DNA of 64,000 bases from Malacoraja senta. Its lineage: Eukaryota. The first letter of the stretch is position 1, and each line of letters opens with the position of its first letter. Location of the stretch: NCBI GenBank assembly GCA_038087875.1, contig JAXLNO010000309.1:1-64000 (forward strand). Direction: 5' to 3'. Under the pieces are notes generated by a model. It saw nothing but the letters and a program-made list of their open reading frames with translations, made no database searches and was not told the DNA's origin. Positions 23,976 to 38,059 of the stretch are shown here, one piece after another. Made by a program: the position numbers and the translations under genes.

Positions 23976-26900
23976 GCTGCATATGATCCATGTCCTTCCC
24001 CATATATTAATGTATGTATCAAAAAATCTCCTAAAAGCCACTTTCATATCTGCCTTGCACATCTCCTTTAAACTCGCACCTAAAAGTTATGCCTCTAGTC
24101 TTTGATATTTCCTACCTTTTGTGGTGAAAATGCTGTGATTGTCAACACTATCAATGTCTTTGATAATTTTATAAACATCTGTGGGGTCTCCCTTCACCCC
24201 CTGACATTCTGGAGAAAACAACCGCTCCTTATAGGTAATGCCCTCTAATAGATGCAACATTCTGAACCCTTCTTCAGACCCAACCTGAAAATCCATCTGT
24301 TAGTTCTTTCCCCAGATGCTGCCTGACCCGCGGAGTTCCTCCAGCAGTGTTTTACTCAAGATTCTAACTTCTGCAGTTTAGTTTAGTTTAGAGATACAGC
24401 AGGGAAACAGGCCCTTTAAGGAGAAGATAACTTGCATTGAAGGCAGCCCAGATAATGCATATTTGTTTGATTGCTCCAATGACGTGTTTCCCATATGAGT
24501 AATGGTTGGGCAGGTTTGGTCTGTATTCATTGCTGCTTCGATGAACGAGATGTGACCTTGTTGAAACATGGAAGGTTATGAGGGGGATTTGCAAGACAGA
24601 TGTTGAGTAGATGATTTAAAATCTAAAAACAGGGTCGTTATTCAAGAATAAACAGTTCTTCTTTTCAGATGGAGAAGAGGAGAAACTTCTCCACTGAGGA
24701 TGGTGAATCTTTGGAATAGTCTACTGCAGAGAGTTGTGGAGTAAAGGTCATTAAATACGTTCAAGAGAGAATTTGCCCCGAAGAGAGACGAGGATCATGA
24801 GAATCGCGAAGGGAAGTGGGTGGTGCTCAGGTGAAGGACACAGGGAGCCATGTTATCAAAATCTGCTCCAATTTCTTATATTCTTAAATAATCTTTTCCA
24901 TCGCTCTTCGCCCATTTTTTAATTGTTATTATAATTATGAATTGAAATTCTGTCCTTGACCAAATACATTGAAGCTACAGCCATAAACGCACACCAATGC
25001 CTCTACTTCCTCAGGAACCCAGCATGTCTCCAACGGCTCTTACTAACATCTACAGATGTACTGAGGAAATCAGGCTTTCAGGATGCATCGCTACTTGGTT
25101 TGAAAATAGCTCTGCCTGAAGCAGCAAGAAATTGCAGAGAGTTGTGGACGTCACCCAAGCAATCATCCAGTCCAGATTCCCCACCCTACACAGTTGAAGA
25201 GGGTGAAAGAAGATTTATGAAGATGTTGGCAGGACTCGAGGGCCTCAGCTTTAGGGAGAGGCTGAGCAGGCTAGGACTCTTTTCCTCAGAGCGCAGGAGG
25301 ACGAGGGGTGATTTTATAGAGATGTATAAAATCATGAGAGGAATAGATTGGGTAGATGCACAGAGTCTCTTGACCAGAGTGGTGGTATCGAGAACCAGAG
25401 GACATAGGTTTAAAGTGAGGGTGAAAGATTTAATAGGGGAACTTTTTCACACAACGGGTGGTAGGTGCATCAAATGAGCTGCCAGAGGAGGTAGTTGATC
25501 CAGGTACTGTCGCAACATTTAGACAGGTACATGGATAGGACAGGTTTAGAGGGATACGGGCCAAACGAAAGAAGGTGCGACTAGTGCTGGTGAGGGAAAA
25601 CTGGGCCGAACGGCCTGTTTCCACGCTGCAAGATTCTATGACTATGACACTCCATCTACATTGCCGCGAGATAACAGCCAACAAAATCTAGGACCTTTTT
25701 CACCCTGGTCATTCCCTCTTCTCCCCGCTCCTATCAGGCGGAAGATACAGAAGCTTAAAAGTCCATAAAGCGAGACTCGGGAACAGCTTCTTCCCCTTTC
25801 ATATTTACCGTACTTCTGGAAGATCCTGTCTTAAGCCAGAGTACAGTCCCAATTCTGCAACTTAACTCATGGCGGACATTGGACTTTTTCTATGGAACTG
25901 TTATGCTCCATTGCTGGGAACTATATTCTGCACTCTGGTATTTTCTCTTTGATTTTACTATTGTACCTGTTTGATTGTATTCATGTATAGTATTACATTG
26001 TTTGCATGGAACACAAACACAAGATTTTCACTGCATCTCAGTACACATAACAATAATGAACCACTACCAAATTCCAATTCTGTTTATCCTTGTGATATAG
26101 GTGAAGGCTATTTCAGCCCACTGTCTGCGCCAGCATAGAGAGCGACCTTATTTCCCAATAATTTTCCCTGTAATCTATTCCTTCCACTTTCCCATCAACT
26201 TTACCCAGATTCAGTCGCTCACCTGTATGCTCGGGGCAATTTACTGTGTCCTCTTAAACTACCAAACAGAGCACAATCACCCTTGGTATTGGTTTTGTAT
26301 TCCCAAGGGTACTAAGATACAGTGAATAAAATTTGCTCAGCCCGCTATCCAAGCAAGTCATACCATTTATTAATACAATCAAACCATAGACATGTATACC
26401 AGGTGTGCAATGAGAAAACTAAACAGTGTTGCGTATAGTGCTGCAGTTAGAGAGAAAGTGCAGATTTTATAAGAATGTAAACGTTGCAAGGAGATGGATT
26501 GGGTGATCGGGACCACACCAATAGCTTATAAGAGTCTGTTAAATAGTCTGATTACAGCAGGAGAGAAGCTATTCCTGAAAGTCATACACACTTTCAAGAT
26601 GTTGGATCGTCTGACTGATGCAACAGGTGAGAATAGAGGATGACTGGGGAGGAAGTAGTCCTAGATTATGTTGGCTGCTTTCCTGAGGAAGTGTGGTATC
26701 GATGGAGTCGATGAGGGGGAGGCTGGTTTTTATGATGGATTGGGCTACATCACAACTTTATGCAATTTCTTGCAGGTTTGGGCAGAGCAGTTGCCAAACC
26801 AAGCTGTGATGCATTCTAATACGATGCTTTCTAGGGAGCATCTGTAGAAATTGGTTAGAGTCATTGGAAACATTCCGGATTGCCTGTGTTATGGGACATG

Positions 26901-27124
26901 GAAAAAAATACGAGCAAATGGGTGTAATTCACACAAGGAGAACGCCACGTGGACAAACCTGGTGGACCAGGTTGAAACCAGATCGCTGGAGCTGCGAGGC
27001 TGCTCTACCAGCTGAGCCTAACTATAATTGGGGTTGATCTTCCAGATCATTTACAACAGACTTTAAAAATGTTGTCTTTTTCAGGAGACCAAAGTGACTT
27101 TTTTTGCGAATATCTCTGTTCCAG

Positions 27125-27220
27125 GGAATGGTACGGAAAGAAATAGAGTCCCTTAATGAACAAATGGTTGATATCTGTAAAAGTCAGGATGAAGAAGAGG
27201 AAGATGTAAATAAACTGAAG
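27125..27220 (+). CDS. TRIM-B exon 2 (GMVRKEIESLNEQMVDICKSQDEEEEDVNKLK)
   Basis: gttccag acceptor, aag|gtaag donor, 96 nt, open reading frame. Confidence 0.85.
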
Positions 27221-29554
27221 GTAAGAAGAGCCGTTTAAAGGTCCCACACCAAAGCAAAGTTGAGATGGGAAACCAAACAGTTAATGTAAAAACTAGTGTT
27301 GCGGTCCAATGTCGTGTATGTGGGACATTGACACAATCTAGCACCAGGTCAATATTTATTTTTTGTGCCTTTCACTCCATTATATATTTGATCTGTTGTA
27401 ATATTTTGTTTTCTCCGATTCCATGCCAAAAATCACAATGATCATTTGCTCAAGGTTCCAGCATCCTTAGTTTCTTGTGCCTTCATTGAAAGAGCCGATG
27501 TTTTCTCCAACCACACAACATGAGAAGTGTAGGGAAGGGAGCAGGAGTCAGACAAGTGCTCCATCAAAACACAAAGTGCTGGAGTAATGCAGTGGGTCAG
27601 GCAGCATCACTGGAGGGAATGGATAAGCAATGTTTTGGGCTGTTTGTCCATTCCTTTCACAGATGCTCCTGAACCGATCAGTTCATAGAGTCATACAGCG
27701 TGGAAACAGGCTCTTCGGCCCAACTTGCCCACATGGACCAACATGTCTCATCTACACTAGTCCCACCAGCCTGTGTTTTGCCCATATCCTTCTAAACCTG
27801 TCTGATCCATGTACCTGTCTAAATGTTTCCTCAGGCAATTACTTCCATACACCGACCACCCGTTGCATAAAAAAGTTATCCCTCGTGTTCCTATTAAATC
27901 TTTCCCCTCTGCATGTATGTTCTCGTCCATATCTTTGCTATAAATGACAAACAGCAATGGGTCCAGCACCGAACCCCAAGGCACACCATGTCACAGGCAT
28001 CCAGTCCGAAAAGCAACCTTCCACCATCACCCTCTCCTTCCTTCCATGAAGCCAATTCTCTATCCATTCAGCTTTCTTTCATTGGATCCCATGCAATGTA
28101 TATTTCCTACAGCACTTTCCAGCATCTGCACTTCCTTGTTTCTCCATGTGCTCCATCAAGCCTGCCCGCTTTTCTAGTCATAACTTTTGACTTCTCTCTA
28201 TTGCATCAATCCATCGATGACTCACAAACCTTTGAGCAAACAAAAATCCTTCTCTTTCACCTTCGAGATAAAAGGAACTGCAGATGCTAGAATCTTGAAC
28301 AAAACACAAAGTGCTGGAGGAGCTCAGGGAATCAGGCAGCATCAGTGGAGGGAATGGATGGGTGCCATTTCGGATCAGGACATTTCTTCAGGCTCATTCC
28401 TCAGATGTATTTCTTTATTCCCTTCAGTTGGTAAAGCCATTGGCCAAATCTATATCTCCTGTTCTGGATTGTCGCAACCAGATGAAGCATCCTGTCAACA
28501 AGATAGACACAAAATGCTGGAGTAACACAGTGGGACAGGCAGCATCTCTGGATAGAAGGAATGGGTGACGTTTCGGGTCGAGACCCTTCTTCAGACTGAA
28601 TCAGGGGAGAGGGAGATACAGGGATAAGGAAATGTGTTTTGTGTCTATCTTTGGTTTAACCCAGCATCAGCAGTTCCTTCCTACAACATATCCTGTCAAT
28701 AACTCCACTCAGAATCTTATTCACTTCCCATATAATACAAGTCCTTTTAATGATGAGTCACATTAATGAACCTTTTCAACACTGCCTTCTGTAAACAAAG
28801 AGACTGAATCTGCACCACGGTGTCAAATCATCACCATCCTAGAACATGGGACACAGGAATAAGCCCTTTGGCCCACAATATCTGCCAAATATAATGACAG
28901 GACCAACTCTTATCTGCCTGCACATCATCCATATCCCACCATTCACTTGCCTACCCAACAGCCTCTTAAATGCCACTAACGTATCTGCCTCAACCACTCC
29001 GCCTTACAACAGCACATTCCAAGCACTCATCACCCTTTGCGAAAATAAAAATACTTGCACCGCACATCTCCTTTAAACTTGTTCCTCTCACCGTAAAGAT
29101 GTTTCCTCCCACATTCCAAAGATGTGCAGGTTTGTAGGTTAAATGGCTTCTGTAAATTGTCCCCAGTGTGTGTGCTAGAGCTAGTGTATGGGTTATCACT
29201 GGTCGTCACAGACTTGGTGGGGTAAAGACCCAGTTTCAACGCTGTATCTCTAAAATAAAAAGAAGGGTAAAGTCCGTTTAAAGATAGTTCAAAGGTCTCC
29301 AATGTGGTAGATGGTTTGTCAGAACCGCTCCCTAGTTAGTGAGAGGATGGTTCAGTTGTGTGATAACAGCTGGAAGAAACTGTCCCTGAAACTGGAGGTG
29401 TGTGTTTTCAGTTTTAACCTAACATAATGTTCAGCTGTGGCATTGTGGAACAAAGGGCCTGTTCCTGTGCTGTACTGTTTTCTGTTCTATGCTCCACGAC
29501 CCATGCACTTCTCACCTTGTACTGGGTAAATGCACCTGTTGTTTATTCCATCAG

Positions 29555-29785
29555 AAAGAATCTGCGGCTCTGCAGAAGGACATTGAATCTAAGTTCAAAG
29601 AACTGCACCAGTTTTTGCACCAGGAAGAGAAAGAGCTGAAAACAAAACTGGAGCAAAAGGAAAAAGCCATATTGCAACAAAAAGATGAAAATCTGAAGAA
29701 AATCTCCGAACAGCATGCATCACTTAAGCAAGCAATCTCAGACATGCAAGGAAAACTGTGTCTAGAAGATGCAGAATTTATGCAG
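29555..29785 (+). CDS. TRIM-B exon 3 (coiled coil, KESAALQKDIESKFKELHQFL...EFMQ)
   Basis: ccatcag acceptor, cag|gtatt donor, 231 nt; FxxLHxFL motif typical of TRIM coiled coils (ORF 29489..29839). Confidence 0.9.
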
Positions 29786-29900
29786 GTATTGTCTATTGTT
29801 TACATGGGAAACATGATGCCATTACCATTCAGATTCTAAAACCCAATGTAGAGAACTCCATCAGTCCACATTCAGAATTTTGGCAGCACCAGTCCCAGAA

Positions 29901-30215
29901 TGGGTGGCATGGTGGCGCAGTGGTATAGTTGCCGCCTTACAGCACTTACAGCGCCAGAGACCTAGGTTCGATCCCGACTATGGGTGCTGTCTGTACGGAG
30001 TTTGTACGTTCTCCCCGTGACCGCGTGGGTTATCTCCGAGGTCTTCGGTTTCCTCCCACACTCCAAAGATGTGCAGGTTTGTAGATTAATTGGCTTCGTA
30101 GAAATGTAAATTGTCCCTGGTGTGTGTAGGGTAGTGTCAATGTGTGAGGATCGTTGGTAGGCGCGGACTCAGTGGTCGGAAGGGCCTATTTCCGCGCTCT
30201 ATCTCTAAACTTAAA
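29901..30215 (+). mobile_element. tRNA-derived SINE
   Basis: GGTGGCGCAGTGG, GGTTCGATCC, core and tail. Confidence 0.88.
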
Positions 30216-32432
30216 CCAATGTAGCAGCTTTTCTAGACTCTTGGATCATATTCATTAATACTCCAACACACTTCGAAACAAGAAATTGCTGATGCTGGTT
30301 TCCACAAGAGGATACAAAGTTCTAGAATAGCTCAGCAGGTCAAGCACCATCAAACATGCTGCTTGATCTGATGAGTTATAACAGCACTATGTACACTAAT
30401 TAAGTCTGAGTCAGTCTAGAGGAGGTCCCGACCCAATTCATCATGTATCCTTTCCCCCTCTACAGATGCTTCATGATCTGCTGAATTCCTCAGGCACTTT
30501 GTGTTTTGCACTGTTTTAAATCATTGTTTATAGATGATATGTAGAATAACAATAAACATTCCCGTTAACTCATTATCACCGACCCCACAGACAACAATGG
30601 ACCATTGTGGGCTACACATTTCCTTGATCATCGTTGCTTTTTGCATATCTTTCATTCATTTCTTCTATATACCTTCCACATCTCTCGTTTCCCTTTCCCC
30701 TGACACTCAGTCTGAAGAAGGGTCTCGACCCAAAACCTATTCCTTCTCTCCAGATGTGATGCCTCGCCCGCTGAGTTACTCAGGATTTTTGTGCCTATTC
30801 CAGTTAACCAGGTACCTTTAAACAGAGCACTAGAAGCAGAACGAGGCAAGTTTCAAGGAAGCATGGATGGGGAGTGGGGCCCAGGTGATTTTTAAGGGAG
30901 ACTAGTTAAGTCAAGTTGAGCTGATTGTCATATGAATATGTAGAGTGAGGGACAGATACAATGAAAATCTTGATTCCTGCACCATCACAAGCTTATAGAC
31001 ACAATCAGCACAGAATCACGTCAGACCCAAGCTCTGCAAGCCAGTGAAAAGGAAAAGACTAGTTGGGCATTGAGTAGAAGGGTCGGGAAGACATGATGCA
31101 GATTTTTAGCACTTTGGTTAGACCTCATTTGGAGTATTGTGTGCAGTTGTGGACACCCCAATATAATAAGTATGTAGAGGCCATGGAGAGAAGCACTAGA
31201 TGTTTACCAGAATGATGCCTGGATTACAGGGAATTAGTATCCGACGAGGATGGACAAACTTGAATAGTTTTCTCTGGACTGCCGGTTGAGGAGAGACCTG
31301 ATGGAAGTAGATAAAGTCAGGAGAGCCATTGAGTAGAGAGTCAGAACCCTTTCCTATGGTGGAAATATGAAAGATTAGAGGGCATAGCTTTATGGTGAGG
31401 AGACAATATTGAAAGGAGATGTGCAGGACAAGCGAGGAGTGGTTGGTGCCTGGAATGCACGACCAGGGGTGGTGGTGGTGAATGCAGGTCCAATACTGGT
31501 GTTTATTGGCTTTTAGACAGGCATGTCATGGTCACACGCAGGCAGATGAGATTAGTCTATCTTGGCATCAAGTTTGGCACCGACATTGTGGGCCAAAGAG
31601 CCTGCTCCAGTATTGTGCTGTGCTGTTCTGTAAGTGTGGAAATTTAGCACCAGATTGCTAAGGGATGAATGGCCACTAAGAGTAGGAAGGAACTGCAGAT
31701 GCTAGTTTAAACCAAAGATAGTTTGACTTCTCTAACTTCAAGTAACCCTTGCTTTCCCTCTCTCTCCACCCCTCCCCTTTCCCAGAACTCCGACCAGTTT
31801 GACTGTTCCTGATTGCATTTTATCTCTGTTTGCTTTGCTTTGTTGTTAACTTCTCCTAGCTAACAATGATCTATTCTACATTTTCCTTGTCTCTTCACCC
31901 CCTTTGATGTCTCGTTCTCACACCTTACACTTCCTTATCTCTGTATCTCCCCCTCCCCTGACTCAATCTGAAGAAGGGTCTCGACCCGAAACATCACCCA
32001 TTCCTTCTCTCCAGACATGCTGCCTGTCCCACTGAGGTACACCAGCATTTTGTGTCTATGAATGATGACTAAGACACTGGTGCGTTAAAAGAAACAGGGA
32101 AATTACCACGTGATGTGGCAAATTGGATGCATCAGGATTTCCAAATAGTCAGAACGTGAAATAATAGAGCTTTACTGCACGAAAGAACCATTTCCTCATA
32201 GATCTGTGAGCTTCAATTTTAACAGTCGGTTTTCTGTTAATAGACCATAGAACTTGGGACATAGCACAGGAACAGACCTTTCAACCCACAATCTCACAGC
32301 TGAATATGATTCCAAGCTAAACTAATCTCTTCAGTCCGTACATGATCCATATCCCTCCATGCCCTGCATATCCATGTGCCTATCTAAACGCCACGTAAAT
32401 GCTGCTATTTTATCAACGTGCACCACCAACTA

Positions 32433-33932
32433 GGGCGACACGGTGGCGCAGCGGTAGCACGACTGCCTCACAGCGCCAGAGACCCGGGTTCCACCCTGAA
32501 GACGGGTGCTGTCTGTACGGACTTTGTACATTCTGCCGTGAACTACTTCAGTTTCGTCCCGCACAGTTTATAGGTTAATTGGCTTAGTAAAATTACAAAT
32601 TGTTCCTAGTGTGTGTAGACAATAGGTGCAGGAGTAGGCCATTCGGCCCTTCGAGCCAGTACCGCCATTCAATGTGATCATGGCTGATCATCCCCAATCA
32701 GTACCCCGTTCCTGCCTTCTCCCCATATCTCCTGACTCTGCTATTTTAAGAGCCCCATCTAGCTCTCTCTTGAAAGCATCCAGAGAACCGGCCTCCACCG
32801 CCCTCTGAGGCAGAGAATTCCACAGACTCACCACTCTCTGTGAGAAAAAGAATTTCCTTGTCCGTTCTAAATGGCTTACTCCTTATTCTTAAACTGAGGC
32901 CCCTGGTTCTGGACTCCCCCAACATCGGGGACATGTTTCCTGCCTCTAGCGTGTCCAAACCCTTAACAATGTTATATGCTTCAATGAGATCTCCTCTCAT
33001 CCTTCTAAACTCCAGAGTGTACAAGCCCAGCTACTCCATTCTCTCAGCATATGACAGTCCCGCCATCCTGGGAATTAACCTTGTAAACTTACGCTGCACT
33101 CCCTCAATAGCATGAAAGTCTATGAAAGTAAGCATGCAGGTGCAGCAGGCAGTGAAGAAAGCGAATGGCATGTTGGCGTTTATAACAAGAGGAATCGAAT
33201 ATAGGAGCAAAGAGGTCCTTCTGCAGCTGTACAGAGCCCTAGTGAGACCAAACCTGGAGTATAGCATGAAAGTCCTTCCTCAAATTAGGGTACCAAAACT
33301 GCACGCAATACTCCAGGTGTGGTCTCACTAGGGCTCTGTACAACTGCAGAAGGACCTCTTTGCTCCTATATTCGATTCCTCTTGTTATAAACGCCAACAT
33401 GCCATTCGCTTTCTTCACTGCCTGCTGCACCTGCATGCTTACTTGGATGTACAAGGACCCCCAGATCCCATTGTACTTCCCTTTTTCCCAACTTGACGCC
33501 ATTTAGATAGTAATCTACCTTCCTGTTTTTGCTACCAAAGTGGATAACCTCACATTTATCCGCATTAAACTTCATCTGCCATGCATCTGCCCACTCCCCC
33601 AACCTGCCCAATTCACCCTGCATTCTCATAGCATCCTCCTCACAGTTCACACTGCCACCCAGCTTTGTGTCATCTGCAAATTTGTAATGTTACTTTGAAT
33701 CCCTTCATCCAAATCATTGATGTATATTGTAACTGGCTGTGGTCCCAGCGCCGAGCCTTGCGGAACCCCACTAGTTACTGCCTGCCATTCTGAAAGGGAC
33801 CCGTTAATCCCTACTCTTTGTTTCCTGTCTGCCAACTGTAGGGGAGTGTTAATGTGCGGGGATCACTGGTCGGTGTAGACTCTGTGGGCCGAAGGGCCTG
33901 TTTCCACATTGTATCCCTAAACTAAACTAATA
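32433..33932 (+). mobile_element. tRNA-derived SINE split by a CR1 insertion (32433-32618 and 33837-33932)
   Basis: head and core lie left of the CR1; the 3' part and (AAACT)n tail lie right of it. Confidence 0.8.
32619..33836 (-). mobile_element. 5'-truncated CR1 LINE inserted into a SINE, with an internal inverted duplication
   Basis: RT C-terminal ORF fragments on the - strand; TGTAG flanks both ends (32614-32618, 33837-33841); SINE halves on either side. Confidence 0.9.
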
Positions 33933-34762
33933 AACCACCTCTGGCTGCGCGGTCAAGGTACCCACCACGCTCTGTGTAAAAAATAAAAGAAGTTCACACG
34001 AGGCAAGCTGTGGTTGACGAGCAAATGCAGACAATCAAAAATAGAAGCTGAAAATGTCGCTGATATTTATCAAGTCCACATCAGTGAAGAAAGAATCAGA
34101 GTTAACATTATTAACCTGAAGATTGGCTTGGTATCAGTGTAAATTGCCCGCAGTAGGATAGTGTTAATGTGCGGGGATCGCTGGTCGGTGCTGACTCAGT
34201 GGGCTGAAGGGCCTGTTTCCGCATTGTATCTCCAAACTAAACTGAACTAAACATTAACTCTGCGTTGCTCTTGCCACAGATGCTGCCTGACCAGATGTGC
34301 TTGTCCATTTTCCTTTCTCTGTTTGAGCTTGGGCACTATCTGCAGAGTTTGCATGTTCTCCCTGTGACCACGTGGGTTATCTCCGGGTGCTCCTGTTGTG
34401 GGTTTGTAGGTTTACAGGCTTCTGTAAAATTGCCATTAGTGTGTAGGGAGTGGATGGGAACGTGGAATAACTTAGAACTGATGCAAATAGGTGATCGCTG
34501 ATTAGCATGAGCTTTGTGGGGCAATTGGCCTGTTTCCGTGTTGTATACCTAAACAAAACTAAACCCATCTACGCAATGTATCAAAAGGCTTCTGATGGGA
34601 GAGCTATTCTTGAATTTCGCATTATGAGTTCAGTATTGAACGTATTCTGTGTCCAAATCTTGTGACTCAGTGGAAAATCAAAACGCAGTTTTTACTCAAA
34701 AAAATTTGAAATGCATTTTTACCATTGTTTAAGTTTCTGACAGATCGTTGTAATAAAACGCA

Positions 34763-35077
34763 GCACCGTGGTGCAGCGATAGTGTTGCCGCCTTACAGCA
34801 CCAGGGACCCGGGTTCGATCCTGACTACGGGTACCGTCTGTACGGAGTTTGTACATTTTCCCCGTGACCTCTGTGGGTTTTCTCAGAGATCTTCGGTTTC
34901 CTCACACACTCCAAAGACGTACAATTTTGTAGATAATTGGCTTGGTTTAAATGTAAATTGTACCTAGTGCGTGCAGGATAGTGTTAATGTGCGGGGATCG
35001 CAGGTCGGTGCAGGCTCGGTGGGTCGAAGGGCCTGTTTCTGTGCTGTATCTCTACAACTAAAAACTAAAACTAAAAC
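34763..35077 (+). mobile_element. tRNA-derived SINE ending 20 nt upstream of TRIM-B exon 4
   Basis: head, B-box GGTTCGATCC, core and (AAAACT)n tail. Confidence 0.85.
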
Positions 35078-35097
35078 AATCTTCTTCTCTCTTTCAG

Positions 35098-35120
35098 AAT
35101 ATTAAAAATATTCTTGGCCG
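35098..35120 (+). CDS. TRIM-B exon 4 (23-nt micro-exon, NIKNILG-R)
   Basis: cttcttctctctttcag acceptor, cg|gtaagt donor, 23 nt. Confidence 0.85.
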
Positions 35121-37725
35121 GTAAGTGCTTTATTGTCCATATTTGGCTGACAATTATATATTCTGTAGCCACTCATTCCACGTGTAATCCTTTGCATTGT
35201 GCAAGCAGATAATGGCCTGCAAAGTGAATGAATACTTGGTTAATTGGAGCAAAAAACTGTAGGGGCTGGAAATCCAGAACAGAAACAGGAGACACATGGA
35301 AATGCAGATGCTGAAATCTTGAGCAAAACACAGGGTGGTGGAGGAACTCAGCGGCATCTGTAGAGGGAATGGACAGGTGACATTTCGGGTCAGGACCCTT
35401 CTTCATACTGATTGTAGTAGCAGGCAGAAAGCTGAGAAGGAGCAGTGGGCTGGACAAAGCCTGGCGAGTGGTTGGGGGTTGATTGGCAGTGGAATAAGTG
35501 ATACAGGCTCAAGATAAAAAGGCATCAAACATGTGTCAGATAAGAAGAGCAGATGGGTGAAATGCAAAGCAAAAGGGAGGGATCTAGATGGAAGAACAGG
35601 CATTTCAGCCCACAATATCTATGCCATACATGATGCCAAGACAAACCCTTATCTGCTTGCCCATAATCCATATCCCTCCATTCCCTGTATATCCAAAAGT
35701 CACTTCAATACCACCACTGTATCTGCGACCACCACTGCCCCTGGCAGCATTTTCCAGGCCCTCTGTGTAAAACAAAACTTGTCCCGTGGATCTCTTTTAA
35801 ACTTTGCCCCTCTCACCTTAAAACTGTCTTCCAGTATTTAATACTTACATCCTGGGAAAAGGGTTCTCACAGTCTAACGTATGTATGCTCCTCATAATTT
35901 TATTTAATTCTATTACGTCTCCCCTTAACCTCTGATGTTCCAGAGAAAATAATCCAAGTCTGTCAAACATCTTGGCTATAGCCAATACCACCTAATCCAG
36001 GTATCATTCCGATAAACCTTTCCAAAGCCTCCATATCCTCTGGGTAAAGGGATGAGCAGAACTGCATGCAATACTCCATATGCGTCCTAACAAATGTCTA
36101 ATAAAGCTGCATCATGACTTCACGATTGGAATTTATCTTGCACTAAACATTACTCCTATTATCATGTATCTACACTGTGGATGGCTCGTTTATAATCATC
36201 TATAGTTTTTCTGCTGACTAGTTAACATGCAAGAAAAGCTTTTCATTGAACTTCAGTGCATGTGGCAATGAAGTAAACGCACAATGAGTTGATCAATGAA
36301 AACAAAGTTATAATATGCTTTGTTTGCCACTCTATCCACTTGTGTTTCCGAGAATAGGGGAAGAAATGGGATGTACTGGGTTGGGTGCGGAGAAGAGAGA
36401 GGCAGTAGGGAGGGTAATTACCTACTATTGGAAAAAAATTCAATTGTAGAAACAAGAACTGCTCAGAGACCTCAACAGATCAAGCAGTATCCAAAGATGG
36501 GGAAACGGACAACATTTCAGGTCAATAACCCTTCATCAATACTGGGAAAGACTGGGAAAACGCTGCTTCTCTCTCCTATCCTGACAGTTACCTGGGAAAC
36601 CCCCGAGGCTCCAGTCATTCTAATCATTGTAACCAAAGCACTGTTATTGTACATCTTTTCCACACCTTCAATAAAATATTCACACTTAATTCCTCTAACA
36701 CACACAGTTCAGAAGGAATATCCATTACCCATGGAGAAGGTTAATAGCTGGTGGCTGTGAAGCAATGGATAATAAAAACCAATGTCTCATGTGCAAGGGA
36801 TGAGATATGATACAATATGATAGAACTTTACTCATCCCAGGAGGGAAATTGGTCTGCCAACACAAGATATATGGAACATGGAATTAAAGTGACGAGTGGA
36901 GTGTCCAGGATTTGGGATGCAGTACAGGGAGTACAATACTATCTGAAGTGCTGCTTTTTGGTTGAGGTCTCCAGCTGTTTTCTGAGGTAGTCCTTGCAGA
37001 ATACTATAAAAAACAACTGAAAATTCCTCTTTGATATACCGTGGTCAATAACTTAGATGACTTAGATTTTATTTCTTGTCATTTGAACCTCAAAGAGGCT
37101 CAAACAAAACTCAGTTTCCACAGCCATACAAACAAAACAATTACTACACGACACACAAACAATTCAATATACAGAAAAACATCCATCACAGTGAATCTCC
37201 TCCTCACTGTGATGGAAGGCAAAGTCTTTTCTCTCCCCTGCACCATTTTTCTCCCGATGTTGAAGCCCCAGGCGGGCAATGTTAAGTCCCTCGGCCGTTG
37301 AGGCCGCGCCGGGCGGTGTACGGCCTCGCTCCAGGCCCAAAAGTCACAAAGTTGGAGCCCCGGTGGGCGCTGAAATGTCCCGCGGCCATTAAAGCCGCGC
37401 CGGGCGATTTACGGCCCCGCTCCGGGTCGTTCCAACCCCGCGACACGGGCGGGAGAAGTTGCGTTGCGGGAGCTCCGGAAAGCGGTCTCTCACCCGGACC
37501 CGCGAGCTCCCGATATCATAGACCATCCCCAATCAACGCATAGAATAACTTGATTCATATATTTCTCATATATTGTTGATATTTCCCTATGACCTCAGTC
37601 TTGGATAGTAGTCTGTGAACAGTCAGAAGTTGCGGGCAGTGCTGATACGTATATAAAGTGAGATCATAGATAGGGTGTATCATTCTACTTTTACATCTCA
37701 GAGATACTTTTTATTTCCAACACAG

Positions 37726-37844
37726 GTGTGAAAACATGCAGTTCCAGAGGCCCGCCAGAGTTTCCATTGACCTCAGGCAAGATGATATCAGCAGCCCCTT
37801 TCAGTTCAACCTGTGGAAACGGATGCTGAAGCTAATTAATCCAG
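37726..37844 (+). CDS. TRIM-B exon 5 (CENMQFQRPARVSIDLRQDDISSPFQFNLWKRMLKLINP)
   Basis: cacag acceptor (phase 2), cag|gtaaa donor (phase 1), 119 nt, typical pre-PRY linker. Confidence 0.88.
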
Positions 37845-38059
37845 GTAAATTTATCTTCCGGTAGAGTCGAGGAATTATGGTGAATGAAATATGGAAGAGA
37901 TGTTGATAGAGGTTTGAGAAAAATTGACACTTATGTCGAGTCTGAAGAAAAGTTTTGTCCTGAAACGTCACCTATTCCTTTTATCCAGAGATGCTGCCTG
38001 ACCAGCTGAGTTACTCCAGCTTCTTGTGTCTATCTTCAGTGTAAATTACCACCTGCACT

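Noticed and set aside
29901..29985. tRNA-like sequences with A and B boxes
   Set aside because: They are heads of SINEs that continue into the SINE core and tail; no complete cloverleaf gene was seen
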